Positions 23,861 to 37,379 of a stretch of 64,000 bases of DNA are shown one piece after another. The stretch spans positions 52,605,631-52,669,630 of the forward strand of contig NC_052156.1 of assembly GCF_902713615.1 (NCBI RefSeq), written 5' to 3'. A model generated the notes under the pieces. The model had not been told where the DNA came from and made no database searches. It saw nothing but the letters and a program-made list of their open reading frames with translations. Source of the DNA: Scyliorhinus canicula. Lineage: Eukaryota. Position 1 is the first letter of the stretch. Each line of letters begins with the position of its first letter. The position numbers were made by a program, and so were the translations under genes.

Positions 23861-24222
23861 TGAGTAACATGAAATGAGCTTCACCCCTACAATATACATA
23901 GTTCGATCATTTCTTTTGTCATGGTAACTGTTAAAATGCAAGTACAGTTCTCTGAAACTTTTTGCAGTGACAAAGTTAGTTTGCAAGGTCCACTCTGAAG
24001 TTACTTTTACCTGGACGCAACAAGGAACTCCCACCATTTATCGCTACATGCTGTGCAGGCCTCAGTAAACCTTTAATATGATAACGCCACATGTCTTTGT
24101 TATAGTAAAAAGAATTTGGATACATTTTTGAAGACTCCAACATTGTTAGTTCTTTGGACCTTTCATTGCCATTCACAATGCTTGATACCAACATCAAAAA
24201 TGAACGTGAAACGTAATATTCA

Positions 24223-24478
24223 TGTAGAATCCGCGCAGTGTATACACACGGAACGGTTAGCTGGACGTAACAACATAGATTTATTTAAAATACACAATAA
24301 CTCTCCACTCCCCGAAGGGTCTCCCTCCTCGACCTGCACTCAGGTCGGGGTTTTGATACTATGAGGGCTCCCTTGTTAAGGGGAAAGCCCCGCCCCATTA
24401 CCGGGGAAGTTTGTATTCTGTGGCTGTCACAGGGACTTGGACGGTCAACAACCCATGGCCTCCGTGGGGGTTGCAACA
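24223..24478. mobile_element. Solo LTR
   Basis: TGTAG...CAACA ends; TSD attca/attcc. Confidence 0.7.
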
Positions 24479-27078
24479 ATTCCTAAAGCTGGGCGGAACA
24501 CAAAACTGTAATTGGAAAGAAAATTCCAACTTATGACCAAAATTAGTTTGGAAGCTACAGTGATCTGGAACCATGCAAAATGCATCCAGATTTAGAGCTT
24601 AATATGTGCTGAATGAGAAGATCTCAGCCTTGGCACTTATTTTGGGCGTTTCCCTCGGCCTTAGCACCATTGTCTAGGGAGATGAAAGGATCAATGTGCC
24701 TGCGCATTGTGCAAAGGCAGCATTTGGCCCAACTGTCGCGCTCTTTATGGTTGAATAAACTGCTGGCCTTCATTTCCAGGATGACATCTGAAAATTGACT
24801 GTTTGGAAGAGAGCCCTGGAATTCTATCCAAACAAAAACCAGTGCTGTCAAAAGAATGAGATAAAATTGGTTTCAGAAGTGACTGGAATATTATTACATT
24901 ATTGTCAGAATTTGAAAAGTATATTTTGCGTTGTATTTTTTATTGAAGAAAAATGACTGGGGTCTTCTTTTCATTCCAACGTATATGTGTAACTTTGTGC
25001 CGAGATGTCATATTTTTACCAACAGCATCAATTACAATTTCACTCCTTGGTCTTTTGCATTGGTTGCTGGAAAAGTGAAATGCTGAGAGCCATTCTGTTT
25101 CTTGAATCATCACACATTTTCTTTTATGCTGCAGTATTTATTGAAATACTACGGCAATACAAGCACTGTTTCTGCCCAGACTATCAAATATGTGGCAAAC
25201 TTTACTTCAAGCTTTCAAAAAATCTGTCATGATTTCACTTCACAAAAAAACAAAATCTGGTCAGACTTTAATTTGAGGCTGTAATTTGAAAAACAGCTGA
25301 GGCATGTAATTGAGTTTGTTAGCATAATTGTATTTCTGAATAGATAGGACTTTTAAATCCAGTGAGCCCTGTATTTAAGGCTCTGATTAATTCTGTTAGC
25401 GAAGCTAATTAAAAAGATTGAGATGGTGGTGCAGATCAGATACTATTCGCTTTAAGTATTAAGTCCCTTGTTAGATTACTTTGTGGAAGAACAGTACAAA
25501 GCAGAAGATCTCAGGAGCTTGGTTAAAATAGATAAAAACACTGCTTTGGAAGACACACAAATGAAAATTATGAATATAATCTAAATTACATGGAGTTCCT
25601 TTGAGATGTCTCTCAGACTGAAGGCAGCAGTACCTGCAATCCTCAAGGTGAATAAGTTGCATTGGAATTTATTCAGTGTCTTTCATTTTATAAAATGTTC
25701 TCAAAGTTGCATTTGTTGAAGTTGGTACTTTTTTTGTAGCAGTCTATATGATTTTAACTCACACTGTTTAGGGTGATGGGAGGGGGTGGGGGTGGGGGGG
25801 GGGGGGCGATGGGGGAGCAGGTTAGTTTTCTAGAGCCGAATATAGGAATGTGTCAACACACCCAAACCTTGATAAAATCTTCAAGAGACGGCTGGCAAAG
25901 TTATTCTTAGATAATGCATGATAAAAATTGTCAGTTGCAAATATTTAACCACCCACTCAGCAAAAAACTAGCAGGCTTTAAATATATGCAGATAACATAA
26001 GATTGATTGGTTTCAACCATTCTGCCATTTGTAGAGCAAAGTAATAGTGAGTTGGCTATATTTGGTGTTTGGAGCAAAACATAATTTGGAACATAATTCC
26101 AGCACGGTGGCCTTTTAATGATCATGCATGACATACTAATGCATGCAAAAGTGTTTCCCAACATTATTCATTGGGAGGCTTTACCTGCCTTTAAAGTCCA
26201 GAGAACAGAAATCCAGCAGTTCATTCCGCCATCAGGAAATGGATTTTTGGCCTCACGCTAAATTAAGTTCCCCTGTTTGCCAAACTTCCCACTGCCGGGG
26301 GGGACTGGAAGATTTTTCCTGAGTGTAGTGGCAGTGTACTGTTAGGATACATTGGAATTCTAAGCATTGTTAAGAATTTATCTTGAAGTAAGCAAATGTC
26401 TGGGTTACTGTACAGCAGTGATTGGCAACTTAGGTTCATGAGTGGGCCACATGAGTAACCCTCCTTCATCTGACTGTGCCGCAAGACTGAAATCAGACTT
26501 GTTCACTAACTATGACTCCTTAAATAAGATTAAATACATTTAATATACGCCACATACTTCATAGAAGTGTTGCAGAAAATGCTTAATCGTTTATATCAAT
26601 AGAACTATCAACTTCAAATGGTAAAAACAAAATAAATATTTACACTTTGAACGCATGACAGCTACATCCTGGGGCATTCAGAGATTCCCGGCATCTTTGA
26701 TGACCACTCCAGGATGACCGATTGGCTCTTTGGGATAAGGGGTACACCCTGAGGTCCTTACTGATGACACAGAAGCCAGAGACTGAGGCGGAGACCCGAT
26801 ATAACGAGGCCCATGTTCCCACATGTGCTGTTACTGAGCAATGCATTAGACTGCCCAAAATGCATTTCTGATGTCTGGACCACTCTGGGCTGCACTTCAG
26901 AACAACCACTCAGAGGGTCTCCCACTTTGTGGTGGTCTGCTGTGCTCTCCACAACATGGCAGAGCAGCGGAGTGACATTTTAGAGGAGGAGGGACATGCG
27001 GCTTTGTCTGAGGAGGAGGAGCCAGACCAGGAGGGGATGGTAGATGAGCCCCTGGAGCAGCAGGAGGATGGAGGACAG

Positions 27079-28075
27079 TGTTGCACGTTTTGCTATGAGT
27101 GTAAAACGCGTTTATTGGGGTGTATTAACTTCCAAGTGCTTAACACCACTAGGCTCTGTTCTATGTATTTATTCAGCTTAGGAGTCGCCAGGTGCCGTAT
27201 AGACACCGTCACGAGTATTCCAAGGTCAAGTTCAAAGTAATAAAGACGATACACCGATTAGTAAGGTCCAAACGATAATATTTATTATACAGTTATAATA
27301 AATACTCATGCACACACTAAGAGACTAAGCTATGACTAAACTAAAGTAATCAGAATACTTATCTAACAGGAACAGGCAAGGTCAGGGAGCGAGGCCTTCG
27401 TCCTGGTCTTGGGCTGCAACCTTCAGCAAGCGTTCTGGTCACTGGGGGTTCTAGCGGGCTTAGTTCGCGTAGCGAGCGTTGTACTGGCACTTACGGTTCG
27501 GCGGCTGGTGCTCAACGGCTGGAGTCAGGATACAGCTTCAAGTTCTTGGTCAGGGCCGGAGCACGAAACAACAGATCTTGATCGAAGTTAAGCCGGAGCA
27601 CAAACAACAGACCGGACAACACGAGGTCCCTGTCTTTTATAGGGATCCCAATGTCCTTCCCTCTTCTTGGGCGGGCTTTAACCTTTGGTTATCTATTGGG
27701 TCAATTCCTCATCGATACTGTTTTAATTCCCCAATGCGAGGGGGTCTCCGTGATGGGGGGGGCGTTTCTTATGCCCTTTTGTTTGGAGGTTTCTGGTGCC
27801 TCGATGTCTGGGCCTTGATTCAAATGTGTCCATTCAGAATCAAATGTTTCTATTGTGTGGGTGTTCAGGTCTGATTGCCTCGTTAGCATGCAAAGCATTT
27901 TGCCATTTGCACCTAACTAAGGTCTTCTCACCTGAGCCCAAACTGGTTTCTGCTACTTGCAGAATGCAAAATGCTGTCTTTGCAGACTGCTGTTTTGGCT
28001 AAACTGCCTGTTTCCCTGCAGTCTTAGCGCTTGGCTTACTTTGTAGCTCAGCGTCCATTTTAGGTGGCTACAACA
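27079..28075. mobile_element. Solo LTR (about 1 kb) inside the Harbinger transposase
   Basis: TGTTG...CAACA termini; degenerate TSD gacag/ggcaa; transposase-like sequence resumes after it. Confidence 0.7.
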
Positions 28076-28749
28076 GGCAACAGCAAGAGCTCAGCATGCC
28101 TGATAAACCAGGGAGGCCCTCATCCTCGCCTGCTTCTCATAGGACATTGTCCGTCAGCTCCCTCTCTCCTTCTCCCATTTTCTGCCTTCTCCCCATTCCC
28201 CTCCTTTTCCCCATTCCCTTCCTTCCCCCATTTCCATTCTTAACTGTTTTCCCCTTATTCCTCTCCCCACCCCCCTAATTCCCCAAACTTCCCACCCCCG
28301 ACTACATTGTTCCCCCCCTCCCAGGATCTGTGTAACATCACCCCAGTCCTGTGTCAGCACTGACAGGAGGTCAATATACAAGGCAGGAGAGTAATGATCA
28401 CTCGCTGTGAGGCAAGCTCTGGTGCTGCTCCGTTTATGCCAAAATCTGACTCCTATCTTGCTGCTGACAGTGCTCACACCCATCTGCTGAACGAGGTCTA
28501 TAATGGGGGTGTTTGATCTTGGACCACTGTGCTGGGGGGGGGGGGGGGGGGGGGGTGCTGGGGCGGGGAGGGGGGGGGGATTTGGGGTGTGCGGAGGGCA
28601 ACGGGTGGTGGGGCTGGAGGCAGGCCCGCTGTGAAGATTAATGGCTACAGAAGCTTCACAGGCATCAGGTGCAACATGTTTTAATAGTGAACATTGGACA
28701 TTTCCATTCCCCCTAGCTACAAATTGTGAATCCCCCCTCCCCTATTATC

Positions 28750-30685
28750 CACTCGGTGATCTTCAATCTTTTAAATCTTACATGGACTAATGTTACATTT
28801 AGGCGTGTCCCCAGGATGTGCATCAGAGTTGGAGGCAGTCTGCTGCTTTTCATTCCCTGTAGTCTTTGATGCCCTTGGTAGTCATTCTCTAGAGGACCTG
28901 GAGCCGGAGGGCCCCAGCCAACTTACCAATGCCACTAGTATTGCCTCACTCTGCTCGTTGACCTTGAGATGCGCTGGTGACACGAGGGGGGCATTCGGAA
29001 GAGCTTGAGACAACCGTCATCTCCTTGCTGGCAGGTTCTGGGTTGGCCTCCAGCATTTCCAACTCCCTCACGGTGTTAGTTGGGCCTTGGGGTCTCCATG
29101 GGATGGAGGGGCAGCTGGATTGTGCTCCAGAAGCCTCTGCGTCATTTGGCTCTGCCAGCCCTGGTGTCTCCCCATTGTCTGTACCATGGTATCAACACCA
29201 TCAGCGATGGTGCTCAGTGACTGGGCCATGCACTGCAGTGCCTCAGCAATGTCCACCTGCATCTGGGACACGTCCCTCAGTGACTGGGACATGACGTTGA
29301 GGCCCTCAGCCAAGCTTGTCACAGACTGAGTTATGCCCTGCACACTACCACTCAAGATGCTGATCTCGTTCTCCAGGCTTTCCACTGCGGTCGCTGCCCT
29401 GGCAGTGTTGGACTCGGTGCCACGCATTGTCGGCATCACCTCCCACACCACTAGTCTTTGGGACTCCTCCAATCAGCGTGCACTCGCTGGAATGCCACTG
29501 ACATCCCCTCCTGAATCCCATGGTCGTGTCCTAGAATCAGCTATATACTGCTATAGACACCCCTGATTGATCAAGCGTGCTGTTCATAAACCCCTTTCTT
29601 TGCTGTCCCCGCAGCAGAAGATAGCTCATAATAAGCTGGAAAGTGCCAAGGCTGGGGGGGAGGTATGGGTGGAGAACTAGAGATCTGTGTCTTCATTCCC
29701 TATGATGGATGGGTCCCAGAGATTGCGGAGTTAACCGAGGAGAGAACACTCACCGACAGCAAGGTTATGTCGCAGAGGTGTGGATCCATTGTCCCTTCAC
29801 CCACATGACCTGTCTCAAGTTAATTATTCGTGTCAGAAAAAATTACCCAAGGGAGCCAGCAGTCAGAGGTCTGGCTTAACCTTGTCCTGCAGCTTGGTAT
29901 CTGCCCGGGCACAGCAGAGTCCTGGAATCCAGCAGACCTCTGACTGCTGTCTCCCTTGGATATTCCTGCCTCCACCTGATGTGCATCAGACACCCACCAG
30001 ATTGTGCCCAGATGTCTGTCCACTAATGTTGCCCACTGAGGTGTGTGTCTCTGTGCTGGTGGAATGTGGGAGTGATACCTGTGATGCCTCAATGTTAGTC
30101 TCCTTGGAGCTCTCCTCCGAGGTGGTCTCTTGGGTGGCACTGGGGGAACCACACCGATGGCCCGGCCCCATCAGATGGAGTCCTGCAAGAGAATGGACAC
30201 GTGGTCATTGAGCGGGGACAGCAAATAAAGGGGTTTATGAACTGCACGCTTGTTCGATCAGGTGTGTCTATATCAGTTTATATGTGTGGGCATCGCAAAT
30301 GGACATGGAAGGGTTGTGCTGATGGGTGCCAGTGGGTGCTGTGGTCAGATATGGAGAGGGTGTGAGGTGTCAGCCAGCGATCTGTGTGGGGGTTGTGAGA
30401 ATTCAAGAGGGGGCAGATGGAACTGATGCCCGGAGCGAGATGGTAACTTCCCCTTGCAGCTGGGTGGAGGTCATTGGTCTGCTTCCTACATTGGACAGCA
30501 GTCCTCCTGGTCATTCTACCCTCACTGACAGCCACCGTTACTGACTCCCAGGCGGTATTGGTGTCCCTGCTGTTGGCCCTCTGGTCCCCTTGGGAGAACA
30601 GGATGTCCTATCCCGCATCCACAGGGTTGAGAATCCTTGTGAGGTCAGCATCCCCAAAGTGTGATACAGGCCTGCGCGCTGCCAT
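28750..30685 (-). pseudogene. Harbinger Myb/SANT DNA-binding gene (NAIF1-like), multi-exon, decayed
   Basis: MAARRPVSHFGDADL..AWESV..RRTAVQCRKQTNDL; acceptor ttctcttgcag near 30185; coiled-coil ORF 29068-29472. Confidence 0.75.
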
Positions 30686-31161
30686 GTTTGTGTGTTCACT
30701 GGAGTGAGTGGTGGGGGCAGCCTTCCCTTGTTAGCGGGGAGACGCTGAGGTGTGAGTCTGGTGTCTCACATGCGAGATAGCCAGTGATGGCAAGAAACTC
30801 TTGGGTATAATTTCTGGCATTAAGTGCTGTTAAATATTGGCCACAATCTCGTTGAGGAACACCCTGCCAATCGAGCACAAAATGACACTTAGACGTTTTT
30901 CCGTTAAATCGCAACCTCCAGAATTGGCTAAGTAGCAGGAAACAGAATAATGGTTAATGGGTGTTTTTCAGACTGGAGGGAGGTTGAGAGTAAAATTCCC
31001 CAGGGGGCAGTGTCAGGACCCCTGCTCTTCCTGATATATATTAGACCTTGGTATCTAATTTCAAAATTTGTGGATGATACAAATCTTAGAAGTCTTGAAA
31101 ACTGTGAGGAAGCTAGAGGGAGTGATTAATAAAGCATACAGTATCCTAGGCTTTATTACTA

Positions 31162-31343
31162 TGTAGTGGAGATACTGGCGTGGACTGGGGTGGACACAGT
31201 AAGAAGTCTTACAACACCCAGGTTAAAGTCCAACTGGTTTGTTTTGAATCACTAGTTTGGTGATCACCTGTTGGACTTTAACCTGGTGTTGTAAGACATC
31301 TTACTGTGCCCATCCCAGTCCAATGCCAGCATCTCCACAACAT
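31162..31343. mobile_element. Penelope-derived fold-back mini-element with hammerhead cores deleted
   Basis: Inverted arms of the same family as 9376-9602. Confidence 0.8.
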
Positions 31344-31406
31344 AAATAGGGCAACGGTTCAGCTTCAGCTGGACTTTTATGCCCATTTCTGGGCACCATG
31401 CCTTAA

Positions 31407-33273
31407 TGTTTCTGTGCCTGGAAGGTAAAACCTGTAGTTAGATTCATGATGGACAAAGGTGTTTGTATGTGTAGTGTTTCGTTAATTTCCAATTGTGTTT
31501 CTATTGTGCTCAGAGAGGGCTACAGCACAAAGAATAAGTAAAAGACATAAGCATGTGGGTGTTGCAAAACTGGGGTTTTGTAAGATAGAGAAGCTTTTAA
31601 ATTTTAGTTTAGCTTAACTTGTGGGCAGTTGGATGCAGGAACTCCGGGAGTGAACATCTCTTAACTCTGTCAGAAAGAGGACTAGACAGGACAGGAGCTG
31701 CAAAGAGGCAGATTTCCTAAAGTACAGGTCACAGTCCACATAACCAGGGAATTGGGACAGAAAGAATTTCTTAAGATGACTGAAATTAAGAGTACAGAGA
31801 CCAGGGTATTGTTTAGAAGAATTCAAGGAAGAGTAAAGAAAATGTTCTGAGTTAAAGAAACAATTACAGTAACGAGATTAAAAGCGGGACAACAGACTTC
31901 AATGGTAAATGGAACATTTTGATATTGTTTTAATAAAGTCTGGGAATCAAGTATTAAAGTAATTGTGAGTAGTTTTCATAGCAGTCAAGACAAATAAATC
32001 CTAAAGGTGTTAGCATAAAATCCTGGACTGGATTCACTGTTAAAAATGGAGTGGAAGCTTTGTTTAAGCGTGTAATTTGGAAAACCTGGTCTGGATTTCA
32101 GAATCCAAACTGCTGAGGGAAAGCATACTTATGAGAGAGGATTTTCAAGTGTGTTTTGTGAGTGGAGTTTGGTTACTCTCAAATGACAATTATCTGGGAG
32201 AATTCAGAGGAGACTTCCACAAACATTCACTTGGGGTTCAGAGTGGAGAGTGTATTTGCCCACAAACTTGCTTAAAGAGACTTTAAGATTTAAGATTTTA
32301 GGTTTAAGATTTAAATTTTAGTCCATGTTAATCCTAAAACTTGTGTATAATTGTTAAGTTAATGGGGAGTAAAGGAGTATTGTACTATAATCCAATTTTT
32401 TTCATTATTAATAAATGCTTTTTCTTGTTAAAACTAATTAGCAGTTCTGTGGGCGCGATTCTCCACTCCCCACGCAGCGTGAGAGAATCGCGGGAGGGCC
32501 CCGCGACAAAATTCACGCCCCCCACGATTCTCTCCCCCCCCCCGGCTCGGAAGGATCGACGCTCACCGTTTTTCACGGCGAACGCCGATTCTCCGACCCG
32601 GATGGGCCGAGCGGCCTGCCGTTCGCGGCTGTTTCACGATGGCGACAAACACACCTGGTCGCTGCCATCGTGAAACGGGAGTCAGAAGCCCGTTTGGGGC
32701 TTGTAGGTGGCCTAGAAAGGAAAGAGCACCACGACTGTGCTCGGGAGGGGACAGGCCCGCGATCGGTGCCCACCGATCGTCGGGCCGGCGTCCAAATCAG
32801 ACGCACTATTTCCCCTCCGCCGCTTCGCAAGATCAAACCGCCACGGCTTGTGGGGCGGCTGAGGGGAAAGACGGCCACCGCGCATGCGCGGGTTCGTGCC
32901 GTCAGCGTCATGACGCCAGCCACGCATGCGCGGGTTGGAGCCGGCCAACCTGCGCATGCGCGGCTGACGTCATTAGGCGCGCTGGCCACGTCATTCTCGG
33001 CGCGACGCCCCCACGGCTGTGATTTACGGAGCGCTGCTCCTAGCCCTGCCGGGAGGGGAGAATAGGGGGCGAGGAGCGGCCTCCGAGGCCGTCGTGAAAC
33101 TCGGCCGAGTTTCACGACGGCCCTCCCGATTTTTCCCGGGAGCGGAGAATTCCGCCCTGTGACTTTGTTTTTCCATGTTTTATAAAAAAATTAATAAAAA
33201 TTACCATCTTTTGAGCCAGGATTGCATTCGGAGATCTTCCCGTCAAGTTAAATCATCAACTGGGATCATAACA
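31407..33273 (+). mobile_element. Probable solo LTR (about 1.15 kb excluding the MITE)
   Basis: TGTT...ATAACA ends, AATAAA near the 3' end, interrupts CR1; no TSD found. Confidence 0.45.
32451..33157. mobile_element. Harbinger MITE, CpG-rich
   Basis: 14-bp TIR GGGCGCGATTCTCC / GGAGAATTCCGCCC; 3-bp TSD TGT. Confidence 0.92.
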
Positions 33274-33871
33274 AAGGTGAGTATTTGGGTTCTGGAATGC
33301 GCTGCTAGAGAATGTTGTATAGGCAGGTTTAATCAAGGCATTCAAGAGGAAATTAGATTATTATCTGAAATGGAAGGATGTGCAGGGCTACAAGGAGAAA
33401 GTGGGGTAGTGGCTTCTTTGGAGATCCAGTGCAGATACGATGGGCCAATGGCCTCATTGGTGTGCTGTAACCATTCTGCAATTCTATAATATGACAGGAG
33501 CTTGACGGTTGATGTTTCTTCAATGTCTAACCAGCCATTCACAGCTTCATTAGTCTTTTTATTGCTGACTATGTTTTGCTTTATACTTGCTGCTGCCACT
33601 CGGTCTGGTTAGCTTTCAAATTTAGCCATGTACTTTTCTTCATGACTGCAGTAGCAAGCCCAGGAATAATTAAATGACAGGATAAAGATTCCTGGTGCTA
33701 AAAATAGAAACATTCAAAAGGAATAGTGAGATATGAAAACTAACTAGTCAAATTCTGAAATCAGCCCTCAACAGTAATACTTTAATTCATGCTTCCTTTC
33801 CGTGACTGGCTGTCCTTACACACTCTCGGAGACAGTGCACCCACACTAAAAATAAATTTAAATGTCATAAT

Positions 33872-34232
33872 ATAGAATAACCTCCACGAGACCCACGGGG
33901 ACACCCCGATGGATCTGCCCGTGGGACTCATGAAATACGAGCTCTCCCGTTGGTGGCCAGAGACCCATGAGCTGGGGCTCGTAAAGATCGCTTCATAAAA
34001 GCTGGCCCAGACTTGGACTGGCATGAACAGGGGTCCCGATTGGGACGTTGGGACTGCAAGACGTGGTGTGGCCTTTACTTTTGTGGTCGAATCAAACTTC
34101 TTTTGAATTTACCTTCTTGGGCTTCCTGAACTTTTATATAATGAATTCACCAATGTTTTTGTTTTCAGAACTTTGAAGAATTAAAGCATAGCCTGATTTT
34201 CATCCATTTGAAGCCAGCCCTCATATATAATC
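33872..34232. mobile_element. Probable solo LTR related to 24223-24478
   Basis: Reverse complement shares GTATT...CAC(A)GGG...CGTGG(A/G)GGTT layout; ends unclear. Confidence 0.4.
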
Positions 34233-34847
34233 AGGCACAGTTTAGATCTATACTCAGTGGATTGACTTTAGCCAATCAATACGTGCCAGTGTTGATAGTG
34301 ACGATCTTCACTCAACACAAATCTCAGCTGCAGGAAATTTATCAAAAGCTAAAGAAATGCATCATTACAATCGATGCTGGTCAGTGTTACAATGGCATAG
34401 ATAAACAAGGCTTATCTGAAGAATTATTCTTTCCAGCAAGATATATCTATATTTAGGCAGGTATGAAGCACAGAATCAATATGCTCATGGCAACTAATAT
34501 TTCACTTGATGCCTGTGCAATGTGTTGTGTGCTCTGATCCTGTTTAATGACTTGTCATGCATTACTCAATCTTATTTGCTGGATGGCAGAGGGAACCTGG
34601 CTCAGATCTGCAGGGATAATGACCTATTTCAGAGGTGAAGTTAACATTAGTGAAAGAGCAAGGGAGCAAAGAGAGGCAGAGAAGCTCAGATTCAGCGGTG
34701 AAAAGGTACAAAACAAGAGAGGCAGTCGTGGAGATTGTCAGTGACAGAAGAAGCAAACCTCATTTTTTAAAAATTCTGAAGAGAAAGTGAGAAACAGAGG
34801 AAAGATATGTGAGAGACGGTTCCAACTGAAGGTGGACAGCAAAGTAT

Positions 34848-35550
34848 AACAACAACATGCATTTGTATAGCACCTTTAACCTGATAAAGTGTACCACGGC
34901 ATTTCACACGAGCATTAAAAAAACATTTGAAATGGGGCGTTATAGGGGGATATTAGAGTAGATGATGAACACCTTGGCCAAAAAGACAGGTTTTAAGTTT
35001 GTGTCAAGCTTAAGGCGAAGTGGAGAAGTGGTAAAGCGAGGTTGTTCCAGAACTTGGGGCCGAGGCAGCTGGGAGCCTAGCCACTAATGGATGATAAAAA
35101 TCTGAAGTGTTCAAAAGGCCAGGATTAGAGGAGAACAGATATCCCAAAAGGTTGTGTGACTGGTGCAGGTTACTAAGATAGCGAGATGTACTGTCAGTTC
35201 ATGGACCTTAATACAAATAGAGTCAGCCAGTCTGGCACCTAATAGAGAAGACCCAGTAGGGAACTATTGGAGCTGTACATAATAGTTAACGTGTTAAAAA
35301 AATAAGTTTTGTTTTCTCTACAGCCCCCGGTGTGGACTTCTTCCATTGCTCCTTACAAAAGCGGTCTTATCTTGGCATCAAATATGACACAAGGTTGTAA
35401 CCAATCTTGTTCAGCCTCATATTACTTCCAGGAAAAGGGGTAGAGCTGGTAAGTAGGAAAATGAGGTTGTGGCAGCGGAAAATGTCAATGGTATCAGTCC
35501 TGTCAGCATTTAATTAGGAGAAATTTCTGCTCATGCAGTATTGTATAAGT
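34848..35550 (-). mobile_element. L2 LINE 3' fragments, with a possible LTR piece at about 35192-35357
   Basis: CATTTGTATAGCACCTTT tail in reverse; TTCCAGAACTTGGGGCCGAGGCAGCTG. Confidence 0.55.
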
Positions 35551-36993
35551 TTTATTATTTGTTTTAAATCTATGAAACTACTATATAAATCAGCAATATA
35601 TCATTATCTAACTTTACCTGTGGCATACTTAAAAGTATTCATACGTTTTAGTTTAGAATGTGGTAACTCAAAATTTAGTCGTGAAGAAGAGAATTCAGAA
35701 CTTCATGGATGATGAGTTGGATACAGGGCATGAAGGCCGCGCCTTCTCAACCTTGCCCCTCGCCTGAGGTGTGATGTTCGTCCGGTTAAACCATCACCAG
35801 TCAGCTCGCCCCCTCAAAGGGGAAAGCAGCCTATGGTCATCTGGAACTATGGCAACTTTACCTTACTTTTGGAGGGCGTGTCTATATCTTAATTGTTAAT
35901 GCAATTGCGAAAACGTAAAATCCTAGTTCCTGACTGTAACATTTCTGCCTACTCTGTTTTTGATGTGACAAATGCAATCTTAACAGCACACAATGATGTC
36001 TGTTTGCTAACTTTCTGAGGGTGTCAAACATGTAGTAGCCAATCCAGTGTAAATAAGACAGTCTCCTTGCTAATGTTCTGAGGTGCCATTAAATGCTGTT
36101 ACCTTGGTGATGATACTGACGTGGTCATAAGTGTTATAATGGAAAAAAATCTCCCAGGGCACAAGCTTTCAGCTGTCTCCGTACATGACAATTCCATTTC
36201 TTTCTGCGGTCAAAACAGGCCCATAATTCCCAGAAGCATTCACTGACAAGAGCAGCCTGGCGTTCCACCTTTTCTTCCATATGTTCCTTTTTTACATGTT
36301 CTGTGCAGCTGACCGCCAACTTGATGTAAAACGTGTTTTGAAACATCTGATTGACTGGCGTTTATCATGAGTATTTTTCTGTTTTGTTTATTTCAAATAT
36401 GTTATTATGTTATAATTATCCAATATTTAAAGGTGTTTTGATGTTTGAATAAGAAGTTTGCAGAAGTTTGTACGGTTTAATGGAAAACATTTATTAAGAA
36501 ATATGTTATAAATACAAAACTTTGATACATCGTTAACATTTCAGCTGCTGTATGACACTTTGTTTAATAACTACCTCAACTTTTAAAATTTCTTGCAATA
36601 AACAATCAATAAGATTTTTTTTTAATTTTAACACTAAGTTTCTTTGTATTTTTGTAAATAGGGCAGGGAGATGAGGCAGGCAATGCAAGGGAGGGGAGGA
36701 GGGTCAAGGAGGGTGAGGGAAGGGAGGGGGAAGGGGAGGTTGAGGGGAGGGGAGAGAGTGGAGGAATCGAGAGTTCAATGTCCAAAAGCAACAGTTGCCA
36801 GGCGATCTCGAACTGCCCTTGAATCACCTGGAACCTGGGCTTACACACTTCCACCAGGAGGTATGTTGCATCAGGCTCCATATTGCCCTCTTCCAGATCC
36901 TCCATTTCTAGGGGCAAATTATCTTCCGTGTGAGTTTCATCTTCACTGTTAAGGCAGTGTGGCAGTTATAGAGTTTGGCTTCAGGTCTTGTAT

Positions 36994-37321
36994 CATAGCA
37001 TCCCTACAGTGCAGAAGAAGGCCATTTGTCCCATTGAGTCTGCACTGAACCGCTGAAAGAGCATCCCACCTAGGCCCACACCCCTATCCCATAGCGCCAC
37101 CTAACCTGCACATTTTTGGACACTAAGGGACAATTTAACATGGCCAAGCCACCTACCCTACAGATCTTTCAACAGTGGGAGGAAACCGGAGAACCTGGAG
37201 GAAACGCAGAAGGCACGGGGAGGACGTTTAAACTTCACACAGAGTCACCCAAGGCTGGAATTGAACCCTCGTCCCTTGTGCTGTGAGGCAGCAGTGCTAA
37301 CCACTGTGCCACAGTGCTGCC
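36994..37321 (-). mobile_element. HE1 V-SINE, long form
   Basis: Complete head, V-domain and tail in reverse. Confidence 0.85.
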
Positions 37322-37379
37322 TATAACCACCATGCCACCCATCTTTCTTCAATATTTCATGGCACACATCTCCTCTGAC

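Larger units (their letters stand above)
26640..30916. mobile_element. PIF/Harbinger relic with convergent transposase (+) and Myb/SANT (-) genes
   Basis: + strand: DKGYTL, ETRYNEAH, VVCCALHN; - strand: NAIF1-like ORF from ATG 30685; right end TAAATCGCAACC. Confidence 0.8.
30920..33490 (+). mobile_element. Fragmented CR1 LINE hosting Penelope, LTR-like and MITE insertions
   Basis: PQGAVSGPLLFLIYI / KFVDDT remnants at 30990-31090; CR1 tail ATGGGCCAATGGCCTC near 33440. Confidence 0.65.

Noticed and set aside
26507-26523. TAACTATGACTC-CTTAA resembling the 28S rRNA R2 target site
   Set aside because: Only 17 bp with a gap, and no flanking rRNA or R2 sequence; most likely chance
28530-28620. Long G runs as functional G-quadruplexes (also 14567, 21070-21290, 25780, 48440)
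   Set aside because: Mostly TE-internal homopolymers whose length is sensitive to sequencing error; no independent evidence
33782-34110. GC-rich open frame that looked like an exon
   Set aside because: Resembles the solo LTR at 24223-24478 in reverse; no convincing splice sites or protein motif
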